Program-made: the position numbers and the translations under genes
Shown here: positions 11,779 to 20,662 of the stretch, one piece after another
Position numbering within the stretch: the first letter of the stretch is position 1
Layout of the letters: every line of letters starts with the position of its first letter
DNA from: an uncultured delta proteobacterium
GTDB taxonomy: Bacteria; Desulfobacterota; Binatia; Bin18
Direction of reading: 5' to 3'
Assembly: GCA_963733195.1 (NCBI GenBank)
Contig: CAVTCR010000068.1
Span: 1 to 37,980 of the forward strand
DNA length: 37,980 nucleotides
The notes under the pieces: model-generated
Told to the model about the DNA's origin: nothing
Database searches by the model: none
The model's input: only the letters and a program-made list of their open reading frames with translations

Positions 11779-12288
11779 GAAGTTTTCCGAACACCCTTCA
11801 AAAATACTGACATGAAATAGCACCTTGTTGTCCGGTTAATCCTGACTTTCCAATCAGTTTGTGAGGTCAGCAAAACCAGCTACTGGCATGTCCGGAAAAT
11901 CAGTATGGATTCCCCCGCCCCACTTGCTCAAACGGCGTCCGTGTCTCCTTTTGTCTCATGGTGGCATGCCCACATCCTCAAAACCCCTCGAAGAAAAACC
12001 TACAGCACACAAGCAGTGATCAGACACGTAGGTACATTCTGTCTCATGAGATACAAAAAACCAGTCACACCCTACCTAAACCGACTAAAGCACCTAAAGA
12101 GGAGGAGATAGCTACTTTAGCCACTTTAGGCGGGAGGAACGAGGTCTGGTCCAGTAGGTGCATGTGCGGCTCGCATCATCGCTGACCCGATAGCTGTCAA
12201 GCTTGATTGTCCCTGTTCCATACGCTTCCTTTCAGGATTCCTTTGCGTGAGTTGGCTTTGTACAGCGTCAAGCAACGCTCTGGTGAAC

Positions 12289-12385
12289 ACCTAACGCCGT
12301 GCTCAGCCGCCGAGGCCCAAACGAAACCCTGCGGCTGAAAGCAGAACCGCAAAAGGGCAGCGGTCGGTGGAACAACGAGTTAGAC
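12289..12385 (+). mobile_element. Solitary integron attC-like site
   Basis: Begins ACCTAAC (RYYYAAC) and ends GTTAGAC (GTTRRRY); 97 bp; imperfectly complementary arms (GCTCAGCCGCCG / CGGTCGGTGGAAC). Confidence 0.6.
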
Positions 12386-12399
12386 GTCGTCCCGGTGGA

Positions 12400-12620
12400 A
12401 GAGGTGGCCTCGTCCACTTGTTTGCGGGCGAGTTGTATCAGCATGCGTAAAGCTGTCTGCAACGCCGATTCAGCAGCCTCGGCATCGACGGCGAACACTG
12501 CCGCTACATCAGGGTCCAGCATCACAACGTTCGTCCCTTGCCGTAGCGTTCGTAGTATTTCCCGCGCACCCCGCCACGGATGTCATATTCTGGTCTCATC
12601 TGTCGCGAGATTCTGCTTTA
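12400..12620 (-). pseudogene. BrnA-like antitoxin remnant
   Basis: Reconstructed across frameshifts: DE.RPEYDIRGGVRGKYYERY.QGTNVVMLDPDVAAVF..ALRMLIQLARKQV. Confidence 0.6.
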
Positions 12621-12944
12621 TTCGCCCGACACAAGCAGCGATATGTTCTTGGGAGATCTTGTCAAGAAGTGTGGAAAAGAGTCAGACGGCAATCCACTCT
12701 TGGACTTATGGTTATTTGCTTCTCGACGAACTTCTCTGTGCCAAACTCTTCAGTGAACCAGCTATCGAGGTCTCGGTTCGCATCCAGCAGGCTTTATCTC
12801 TCTTGGCTTAGGCCCTCGCCACTGACGATCGTGAGGTCCGCAATGCCGGCGCTCGGAGCGGTAGTACATACACGTTCTTAGCGCTGGTAATGAACGAGCA
12901 AACGCTTTCAACCAGACGTATCGCGAGGTGATTATTTAGAACAA

Positions 12945-13135
12945 GAAGGGAAAAATCTCGCTTCTGAAAGAGACGTATCCAGAGGCATTTCGCGTTGATC
13001 TCCTCAAAACTGATGAATATCTCCGCTATACGCAACAGCCGTTTCTTCTACGTGAAGAGTTACGGTCGGTCTCGCCAAAACGATTGGTTATCCTCGACGA
13101 AGTCCAAAAAGTGCCCATGCTTCTCGTGGAGCGAT
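12945..13135 (+). pseudogene. Fragment of an AAA_14/DUF4143-type ATPase
   Basis: + strand reads GKISLLKETYPEAFRVDLLKTDEYLRYTQQPFLLREELR..LVILDEVQKVPMLL (degenerate Walker A end, Walker B DEVQ); truncated at both ends. Confidence 0.65.
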
Positions 13136-13160
13136 GCCATTCTATAGGAACAGCAGAAGA

Positions 13161-13231
13161 CTGGATTCCTGCTCCCGGTAGAACCTGGGACAGGTCCCAG
13201 TAGGACCTGGGACAGGCTGTGCGGGGATGAC
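13161..13231. repeat. CTGGATTCC..GAATGAC-type REP carrying two tandem 22-bp nested hairpins
   Basis: CTGGATTCCTGC-[TCCCGGTAGAACCTGGGACAGG][TCCCAGTAGGACCTGGGACAGG]-CTGTGCGGGGATGAC; matches the reverse complement of 24817-24865. Confidence 0.85.
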
Positions 13232-13568
13232 GGACCATGTAGCCCCTTCTGCTTCTGCCCATCCGCTTAGCGTGCAGCGCTATAGAAGACTCAGGACGAA
13301 CGGGAGTAGCTCTATCCACACGTGGAGGCCTGTGTCAGACAGCTATTAAAAAGGTACGGTCTTTTTGGTCGTTAATTCGATCGAAACATTGACCTGATGA
13401 AGATGGGATTGAGACCCATGAACACAAACTCGCAATCGCTATGGGCATCGATTACGATCGAATTACCGATGGCCCGTCTATCAGGGAGCGGAGGCTGGGG
13501 ATCGTTGACGCAACCTGAATGGCGCGCAGGCTGCAAATAAAACCACCTGTAAGGGAAAGTGGCATGTG

Positions 13569-13623
13569 TGTTCAGGCACAGTGAACAATTTGTTCAAGCA
13601 AAGTGAACAATTTGTTCAGGCAC
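13569..13623. promoter_or_regulatory. Tandem 22-bp-period palindromic sites (operator or iteron-like)
   Basis: GTGAACAATTTGTTCA at 13581 and 13603, plus the half-site TGTTCAGGCAC at 13569 (repeated at 13613). Confidence 0.6.
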
Positions 13624-13884
13624 TTGTTACGCCTCTTATAGTAGAGGAAGCGAAAGAGAGCCCAACTATGGAGAAAAACGGGTAGTGTCGCAGAATTGTT
13701 GCTGACTTTCTTAAAAGCCATTAAAAATCAAAAGCTTGCAACCCGTTATCAACACATCTGAAACACAACTGATTTAACACATAGGAAAGCAGCCGAAGGA
13801 CTCGCAAGGCTGGAAAAGGTGGAAGCGAATCCTCTCTCGTTCTCGGATTGAATGGGAGGGAGAGTTCTAAACCGAAATGGAGGG

Positions 13885-16800
13885 ATGGAAGTGCGCTGCT
13901 CAAATTGTGGAGTTGAAAACTCGAAGGAAGCAAGGGTTTGTGGCCAGTGTGCGACACCGCTCAGGCCGCGCTGCCCCCAGTGCGGCTTTGACAATCCTTC
14001 TGGCTTCGCCTTCTGCGGCCGGTGCGGCACCCCCCTCGCCGTCGCGTTACCAGAGCCTGCAACCATCGCTGCCGAGCGTCGGCATTTGACGGTGATGTTT
14101 TGTGACCAAGTGGACTCAGTGCCTCGCTCGCAGCGCCTAGACCCCGAAGAGATCCATGAGGTCGTGCGCCAGTATCAACAGATGTGTACCAGGGTGATCC
14201 AGGAGTTTGACGGATATGTTGCTCAGTATCAGGGAGACGGCCTTGTAGTGTACTTTGGCTATCCTGTGGCGCACGAAGATGGCGCTCAACGGGCGGTCCG
14301 CGCCGGACTAGGCATTCTCGCCGAACTGCCACACTTGAATTCCCGATTACAGCAGACCGTGAAGGATATCCGCAACTTCCCCCTCGAACTACGTATAGGG
14401 ATTCACAGCGGGATGACCGTGGTGGGAGAGATGGGAGCAGGCGAACGGCGCGAACTCACAGCCTCAGGCAATACGCCGAATATTGCTGCCCGACTGCAGG
14501 GAATAGGTAAAGCCAACACAGTGGTGATCAGCGCAGCCACCTATCAACTGATCTGCGGATTCTTTGAGTGCGTGTCTCTTGGTCCACAAATGTTGAAGGG
14601 GGTCTCGGCACCAGTATCGGTCTACCATGTGCTGAACGACAGTGAGGTGCAGAACCGTTTTGAGGCAGCTCTGACTAAGGGCTTGACCTCCATGGTCGGG
14701 AGAGAACCAGAGCTTGAGCTGCTGCTAGAGCGTTGGGCACAGGTGAAGGAAGGAGAGGGCTGGGTAGTAATGTTAAGTGGAGAGGCCGGCATCGGCAAAT
14801 CTCGCCTGGTGCAGGCACTCAAGGAGCATCTCGGCAAAGAACCTCACCTCAGGTTAGAACGCTACTGTTCGCCGTATCACCAGAACAGCGCGCAGTATCC
14901 CACTATCGATCTCCTGCAACGGTTATTGCGCTTTGAGAGAGCAGATTCCCCACAAGAGAAATTCAGCAAGCTCGAGACCGCGCTGGAGCGTTTTCACCTT
15001 TCTTTACTCGAGATAGTGCCGCTGTTAGCTTCGTTCCTCTCACTTCCCTTGCCTGAGCAGTATCCGCCTCTCACCTTAACCCCTCAGCGACAGCGGCAGA
15101 AACTCCGGGACGCTTTGCTGACTCTTCTCGTGGCGCTAACGGAAAACCAACCCGTCCTGCAGGTAGTCGAAGATCTCCATTGGGCAGATCCTTCCACACT
15201 AGAGGGTCTCAGCTCCTTCGTGAACCGTGGATCGATACCTCGGAGCCTCACGTTGCTCACCTTTCGTCCCGAGTTCAGCCCTCCTTGGGTGACCCGCTCG
15301 CATGTTATGCATCTCACGCTCAACCGCTTATCCCGCAAGCAGATAGAAGAGATGACCGTGCAGGTCACGAAAGGTAAAACCCTCCCAGCCGAAGTGTTGC
15401 ATCAGATTGTGACAAAGACCGATGGTATCCCCCTCTTCGTAGAAGAGTTGACGAAGATGGTCCTGGAATCAGGACTGCTGGGAGAGGGCGTGAACCGCTA
15501 TACCCTGACAGGCCCGTTCCCCTCTGTTGGCATCCCTGCCACGTTACAAGATTCGTTGCGAGCCAGACTTGATCGCTTAGGACCGGTAAAAGAAGTGGCA
15601 CAACTGGCCGCTACTGTGGGACGCGAGGTTCCGTATGAGCTGCTCAAAGCTGTTTCATCTTCAGACGAAACGGCTCTGCAAAACGCCCTGAGCCAGCTAG
15701 TGGAAGCGGAACTGCTTTCCCGGAAAAGACTCCCATCTCATGAGCTGTATGTTTTCAAACACGCCATGATTCAGGAGGTGGCGTATCAGTCGTTGCTCAA
15801 AAGCACCCGACAACAATCTCACAAGCAGATTGCCCAAGTTTTACGAGAGCGCTTTCCCGATATTGTTGAGACCCAACCTGAGCTCTTGGCTCATCACTAC
15901 ACAGAGGCAGGTCTCGTAGAGCAGGCTATTCCCTACTGGCAGCGAGCGAGCCAAAGGGCAGTCGAGCGCTCAGCTAATATGGAAGCGGCTAGTCACCTGA
16001 ACAAGGGGTTAGAGTTGCTCAAGACTTTACCAAAAGCCCCTGAGTGCGTCCAACAAGAGTTGATGCTGCAAACCCTCCTGGGCTCAGCGCTGATGGCAAC
16101 AAAAGGCTTTGCGGCGCCGGAAGTGGGAGAAGCTTACTCTCGAGCCCGAGAATTGTGTCAGCAAGTGGGTGAGACCGCTCAGCTCTTCCCCGTCCTGCGA
16201 GGGTTAGCGGCATTTTATTCCGTACGCGCAGACTACAAAACGACCCAGGACTTGGCGGAGCAGTGTCTGCGTCTCGCCCAACGCCAGCAAGATCCGTCTC
16301 TTCTTTTAGGAGCGCATTTTGAGATCGGCGTGGCACTGTTCTGTCTCGGCAAGTTCATCCACGCCCGGGAACACTGGGAGCAGGTTCTTGCTCTCTATGA
16401 AGCTGAGAAGCATCGTGCTCAAACTGTGCTCTACGGTCAGGACATTGGTGTATCCTGCCGCTCTCGTATGACCAGGCTCCTGTGGTTCCTCGGTTATCCA
16501 GATCAGGCGCTCAAGAGTGGCCGCGCAGCGCTCGCTTTGGCCCAGGAGGTATCTCACCCCTTTAGCTTAGCGTATGCCCTCAACTTTGTGACGGAGTGTC
16601 ACCGGCTGCGCGGGGAGGTGCAGACAGCTCGAGAACGAGCCGAAGAAGCCATTCGACTCTCAACAGAGCAAGGCTTTTCGCTCTGGGCAACGACCGCCAC
16701 CATGCTGCAAGGATGGACTCTCGCCGTGCAGGGACAGGGCGAGGAGGGAATTACCCAGCTACGTCAAGGTCTGGCTATCTGGCAGGCCATGGGAGCAGAA

Positions 16801-17280
16801 ATGGCCCGACCGCATTGGCTAGCCTTATTGGCCGAAGTGCATGGAAGAACGGAGCAATCAGAGAAAGGACTCCCTTTACTCGATGAGGCGCTAGCGGCGG
16901 TGAACAACACGGGGGAGCGAGAATACGAGGCCGAGCTGTATCGGCTCAAAGGGCAGCTCACGCTGCGAACAGTCGTCAGGCGATCGGGTTCTAACAGTCG
17001 AACAGTACCCGAGTCCCCCAGCCCCTAGCATCCCAGTACCCCGGCGGAGGTGCAGCAGGAGGCGGAGGCGTGTTTTCTCAAGGCTATCGACATTGCCCGG
17101 CAGCAGCAGGCGAAGTCATGGGAATTGCGCGCAACAACTAGCCTTGCCCGTCTATGGCAGCAACAAGGCAAGCAACACGCAGCACGCAACACGTTGTCCG
17201 ATATTTATAACTGGTTCACCGAAGGGTTTGACACTGCGGATTTGCAAGAGGCAAAAGCGCTACTGGAAGAAGTAGCATGA
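13885..17280 (+). CDS. STAND-4: double zinc ribbon + class III cyclase + AAA ATPase + TPR; a single frameshift at ~17030
   Basis: 1058-aa ORF: [59 protein letters not shown]; the tail ORF 17050-17280 supplies [25 protein letters not shown]. Start is ATG 13885 or GTG 13891 after GGAGG. Confidence 0.93.
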
Positions 17281-17630
17281 GCACTGAAGCATTCCCCGCA
17301 TCCTCTCTGATAGTGTTTTCCTTTGGTGTTGAGCAGCCTTGACCTCAACACAAGCTGCGGCTATACCAGCCGATCGCAAAACGGGGGTTATGGCAGCATT
17401 CAGTCTTACTCTGAGAGTCATTCATCACTGAGCAAGTCTTGAAGCTCGAAGAAAATCCGTGGAGTCGAAAAAAGAATTTATGGCTTTACCTAAAAGCCAA
17501 TTACAGTACAGGTCTCACCTAGTACCTACGTGCTCATGATCGAAACTGACAGAACTTAGTGTGACAATCCTAATCCCGCCACCAACGACTTAAGTATCAC
17601 GGCAGCTGTACAGGGCGTTCTGTGATAAGC

Positions 17631-17659
17631 TGTACACAGACTTGATAACAGAATATAAT
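17631..17659 (+). promoter_or_regulatory. Putative sigma70 promoter of the isoprenoid-synthase/methyltransferase pair
   Basis: TGTACA-17 bp-TATAAT; the direct repeat AGCTGTACA (17604, 17628) overlaps the -35. Confidence 0.5.
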
Positions 17660-17809
17660 AAAGCTGCTGGACACATCTCGTACACATAACGACTCTTGCC
17701 TGCAGCTCAAAAAGCTACAATGCAAGATGGTCTCACTGAGGCCCAGAAATTAACGATAAAGCAGGCTCTGAGATTGTCATGCCATGCTAGAAGTCTCACG
17801 GAATGGCTT

Positions 17810-18548
17810 ATGAGCGTTCTGAGAGCAGAAGCTATTTTTTTGCAGGCACTAGATATTCTTAGCCGCCAGCCTCTCCCTGAAATTAGCCAGGAAGACCTGC
17901 TGGCAGCGCTGAATGCTGGTCGTCTCGGTCCCCTCCCGTTTCTTTACGAAGCCGGCGTGGAAGCTGGTCTTCCACACCAAACACTCCTTGCACGCGCCGC
18001 GGCAATCTATTTCAATTTTTGCGCAGGTAACCTCGCTGATGACCTTATGGATGGCGAGTGTACTTATCTGTCCGACCCTTTCCGACTCGGCCCCTGCGTG
18101 CAGTATATCCTGCAGACCCTCTGCTTTCACACGTTAGTGGAAGCTGAAGTACCAGGTCCGATAATCATTATGGCCACACAAGAACTGCTGGCGGCAGCGG
18201 GACAACAACTCGTCGAGGTACGCACCGCAGCAATGGACCGCACCAGTGTTTCGCGAAGTCGCTGAAGGCATTGCCGGTCGCCAGTGGTCTGCCTATATGC
18301 AGATCCTATGGTGTGACACCCCGCTCGCCAACCGGGCAGCAACTATCGGCATGAATGGAGGGATCGCTGCACATGTGGTGAAAGATATCCAATCCAAGGA
18401 TCCTCGATACACTACCATGCCCGAGGCAGACAAACGCGAGATCGTGGCTTGGGCAATTGCGGCGGCCCGAGCACTACGTGAGGAACACCTTCGCTGCCTC
18501 GATGCCTCTTGCCTACAATCGATCCTGTTCTCAAGGAGGCTCTCGTGA
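17810..18548 (+). CDS. Class I isoprenoid-synthase-fold protein (polyprenyl synthase/ComQ-like); one frameshift at ~18235
   Basis: AAAIYFNFCAGNLADDLMDG (helix + DDxxD), then AAGQQL.EVR and IAAHVVKDIQS (degenerate second acidic motif); ~245 aa; TGA overlaps the next GTG. Confidence 0.65.
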
Positions 18549-19396
18549 CTTCGCGTGTTCCCGTTCCCGAGATCGTGGCTTACTACGAACCCAAAACGCA
18601 GGACCTGTTGCGGCGGTACGGACCAGGGCCGCGTCTGCATTATCACACTGGTCTCGTTGATGAACGGGAATTTCTCGACGCCTCAACGCCAGTGCTGAGC
18701 CAGAGAATAGTAGCCGCGCAAGAACGCATGCTTCACCATGCAGCCGAGGTCTGGCATGCCCGGTCTACTCTCTGCGGAGAGGTCCTCGATGTTGGCTGCG
18801 GTCTTGGTGGCGGTTCACTTTTCTGGGCACAGGAGTTCGGCGCCTACGTTACAGCCGTGACGTGTGTGCCCTCACATGCGGATCTGGTCACACGATTTGC
18901 CAAACAAGCCGGCGTCGCCTCACAGGTACAACCGCTGTTATGTGACGCGCTAGAGATCCCAGGCGAAAACTGTTTTGATGCCGCTGTGGCGGTGGATAGC
19001 TGCTGCCATATGCCTCGCCAGGTGCTATTCCAACGCTTGGCTGCGCTCCTGCGCCCGGGAGGCCGCCTCTTCGTCACTGACTGTTTTCTGGTGCGCCCTG
19101 AATATGAGGAATTATTCAACCGTCACTGGCATGTCCGCATCGGTACGATGGACGAGTATCGCACCGCAGCACAGGAGGCGGGCTTGCACGAAGAGTCCAT
19201 TGAGGAACTCTCTCCGCGCGTAGAGTATTTTTGGGCGATGACGCACGCACTCATCCAAGCTGAGGCTAGCGAGAAGAAGCTCACTCCTCCCGAGGCAGCA
19301 AAATTTGACGAAGCACTCCAGGCTCATAGGTTAGTGCAACAAGGTCTCGCTGACGGCGGTTACCGTTACGCGTTGCTGAGTTTCTCCAAGGACTGA
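18545..19396 (+). CDS. SAM-dependent C-methyltransferase, geranyl-diphosphate-2-methyltransferase/tocopherol-MT-like
   Basis: AAGGAGG RBS 5 nt before the GTG; YYE..LRRYGPGPRLHYHTG, AQERML, VLDVGCGLGG..WAQEFGAYVTAVT, FDAAVA, LLRPGGRLFVTD. Confidence 0.8.
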   Translation: MTSRVPVPEIVAYYEPKTQDLLRRYGPGPRLHYHTGLVDEREFLDASTPVLSQRIVAAQERMLHHAAEVWHARSTLCGEVLDVGCGLGGGSLFWAQEFGAYVTAVTCVPSHADLVTRFAKQAGVASQVQPLLCDALEIPGENCFDAAVAVDSCCHMPRQVLFQRLAALLRPGGRLFVTDCFLVRPEYEELFNRHWHVRIGTMDEYRTAAQEAGLHEESIEELSPRVEYFWAMTHALIQAEASEKKLTPPEAAKFDEALQAHRLVQQGLADGGYRYALLSFSKD

Positions 19397-19524
19397 CCAA
19401 TGCTATTGAACCTCTATAACGTCAACCATCTACGCTCGTAGTGAGACACGTGCACGATCAGTTGGCATGTTAAAGATCCACAGATATGCTTCGTTGAGGT
19501 TATCCGAAGATCGAAGCAAGCTAT

Positions 19525-20433
19525 ATGCGTACAAAGCCACCTCCTCACAAAAAACTCACTACAAGAGATGAAGCACTTACTGATTACTCCATCTGGACCT
19601 TGGCCTATTGCCAGGCCGATATGCCGTATGACTTCTTTGGCGGCTCGGGATTGATGAGTAATCGTGGGACCATTCAGATTCCCATGCTCTATACCGTGTT
19701 GGTCGGCGGTGAGATCGGCGGCAAGAAACACGTTGTGCTGGTTGATGTCGGCTTTGGCAATCAAGAGTGGATGTCGCGCTATAAGTTCTTCGCCTGGGAA
19801 GATCCCAAGACAGTCTTAGGGAAAATTGGCTTCAAACCCGAAGATGTTGATGCAATTCTCGTTACCCATCTCCATTTCGATCATATTGGTAATTTCGGCG
19901 CGTTTCCGAATGCCCATCTTTACATTCAACTTGATGAATACATGGGCTGGCTACGGATGCTTGCGTTGCCCGCCGATTTCGGCGGTGGACAACGCGCATG
20001 GTTACTCTCTTCTCTTGATCCGCAAGACATTCACAACGTCGCCAGCGCAATCAGTCAGAGCAAGGTCACACTTATCGAAGGAGAAGTTGAGGTTCTCCCT
20101 GGCATTACTGCTCACCTCGCCAAAGACTCACACACATTCGGTACGCAGTGGTTCGAGGTGCAGACTTTGAACGGCACGTTCGCTATCGCTGGCGATACAG
20201 TCTATTGGTACTCCAACGTCGAGCAGATGTGGCCGCCGGGTTACAACCAAGGCAATCCGTTTAACCAATTGTTCACCTACGATCGTATTCGTCGCACGTT
20301 AGGCAAAGAGTTGGAACGTTTGATTCCCGGTCACGATCCACAAGTGTGGCGGCGTCACAAAACCTGGACCGTCGGACCAAACGAAGTCGCTGAGATTACG
20401 CTAGCAAAGGGGCAGCGATCGAAGAAAAGATAG
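19525..20433 (+). CDS. Metallo-beta-lactamase-fold hydrolase, N-acyl homoserine lactonase-like family
   Basis: VLVDVG, THLHFDHIG (HxHxDH), SHTFG, IAGD, IPGHD. Confidence 0.85.
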   Translation: MRTKPPPHKKLTTRDEALTDYSIWTLAYCQADMPYDFFGGSGLMSNRGTIQIPMLYTVLVGGEIGGKKHVVLVDVGFGNQEWMSRYKFFAWEDPKTVLGKIGFKPEDVDAILVTHLHFDHIGNFGAFPNAHLYIQLDEYMGWLRMLALPADFGGGQRAWLLSSLDPQDIHNVASAISQSKVTLIEGEVEVLPGITAHLAKDSHTFGTQWFEVQTLNGTFAIAGDTVYWYSNVEQMWPPGYNQGNPFNQLFTYDRIRRTLGKELERLIPGHDPQVWRRHKTWTVGPNEVAEITLAKGQRSKKR

Positions 20434-20484
20434 CAATGAAAAAAGAGACGAAGTAGATCCAGAAAGAAAGAATAGGACAGAGAA

Positions 20485-20520
20485 GCGCTAATGGGGAGAG
20501 TATACTCCTCTCATTAGCGC
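20485..20520. terminator. Hairpin between convergent genes (possible terminator)
   Basis: GCGCTAATGGGGAGAG-TATA-CTCCTCTCATTAGCGC; no clear U-tract. Confidence 0.45.
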
Positions 20521-20543
20521 GAATTAGGAGAGTACAGTTGACG

Positions 20544-20609
20544 GTGGCAGGCACAGCCTGCCCTACTCGCGAACGCACGAAAATACGTAGGGCGGGCTAG
20601 GCCCGCCAC
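20544..20609. repeat. Inverted pair of GTAG-family REPs
   Basis: GTGGCAGGCACAGCCTGCCCTAC (reverse complement starts GTAG) and GTAGGGCGGGCTAGGCCCGCCAC. Confidence 0.8.
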
Positions 20610-20662
20610 AAGGCGCTCAAGCAAAATCCACATCTTGGTGCGCTTCCTCTATAGTTTTCGGC

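Noticed and set aside
12640-12940. Possible gene fragment
   Set aside because: Interrupted by stops and no family motif recognised.
13569-13623. CRISPR array or LexA box
   Set aside because: The repeats are separated by only 6 nt, with no spacers or cas genes. GAAC-N5-GTTC does not match the GAAC-N4-GTTC or GTTC-N7-GTTC LexA boxes.
1-17280. Pycsar or CBASS defence system
   Set aside because: No adjacent cNMP-binding TM/TIR effector or CD-NTase; the architecture is the cyclase-AAA-TPR type.
17281-17800. ComX-like precursor peptide for the ComQ-like protein
   Set aside because: Short ORFs I read here and after 19396 (MAAFSLTLRVIHH, MALPKSQLQYRSHLVPTCS, MLLNLYNVNHLRS) lack a C-terminal Trp and convincing RBS support.
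18509-18548. Methyltransferase start at 18509, or a fused synthase-MT protein
   Set aside because: AAGGAGG followed by GTG at 18545 overlapping the upstream TGA fits two coupled genes better. A fusion cannot be entirely excluded given the indel rate.
17810-19396. Canonical 2-methylisoborneol cluster
   Set aside because: The partner lacks the NSE triad and size of MIB synthase, and no CNB/Crp-type flanking genes are present.
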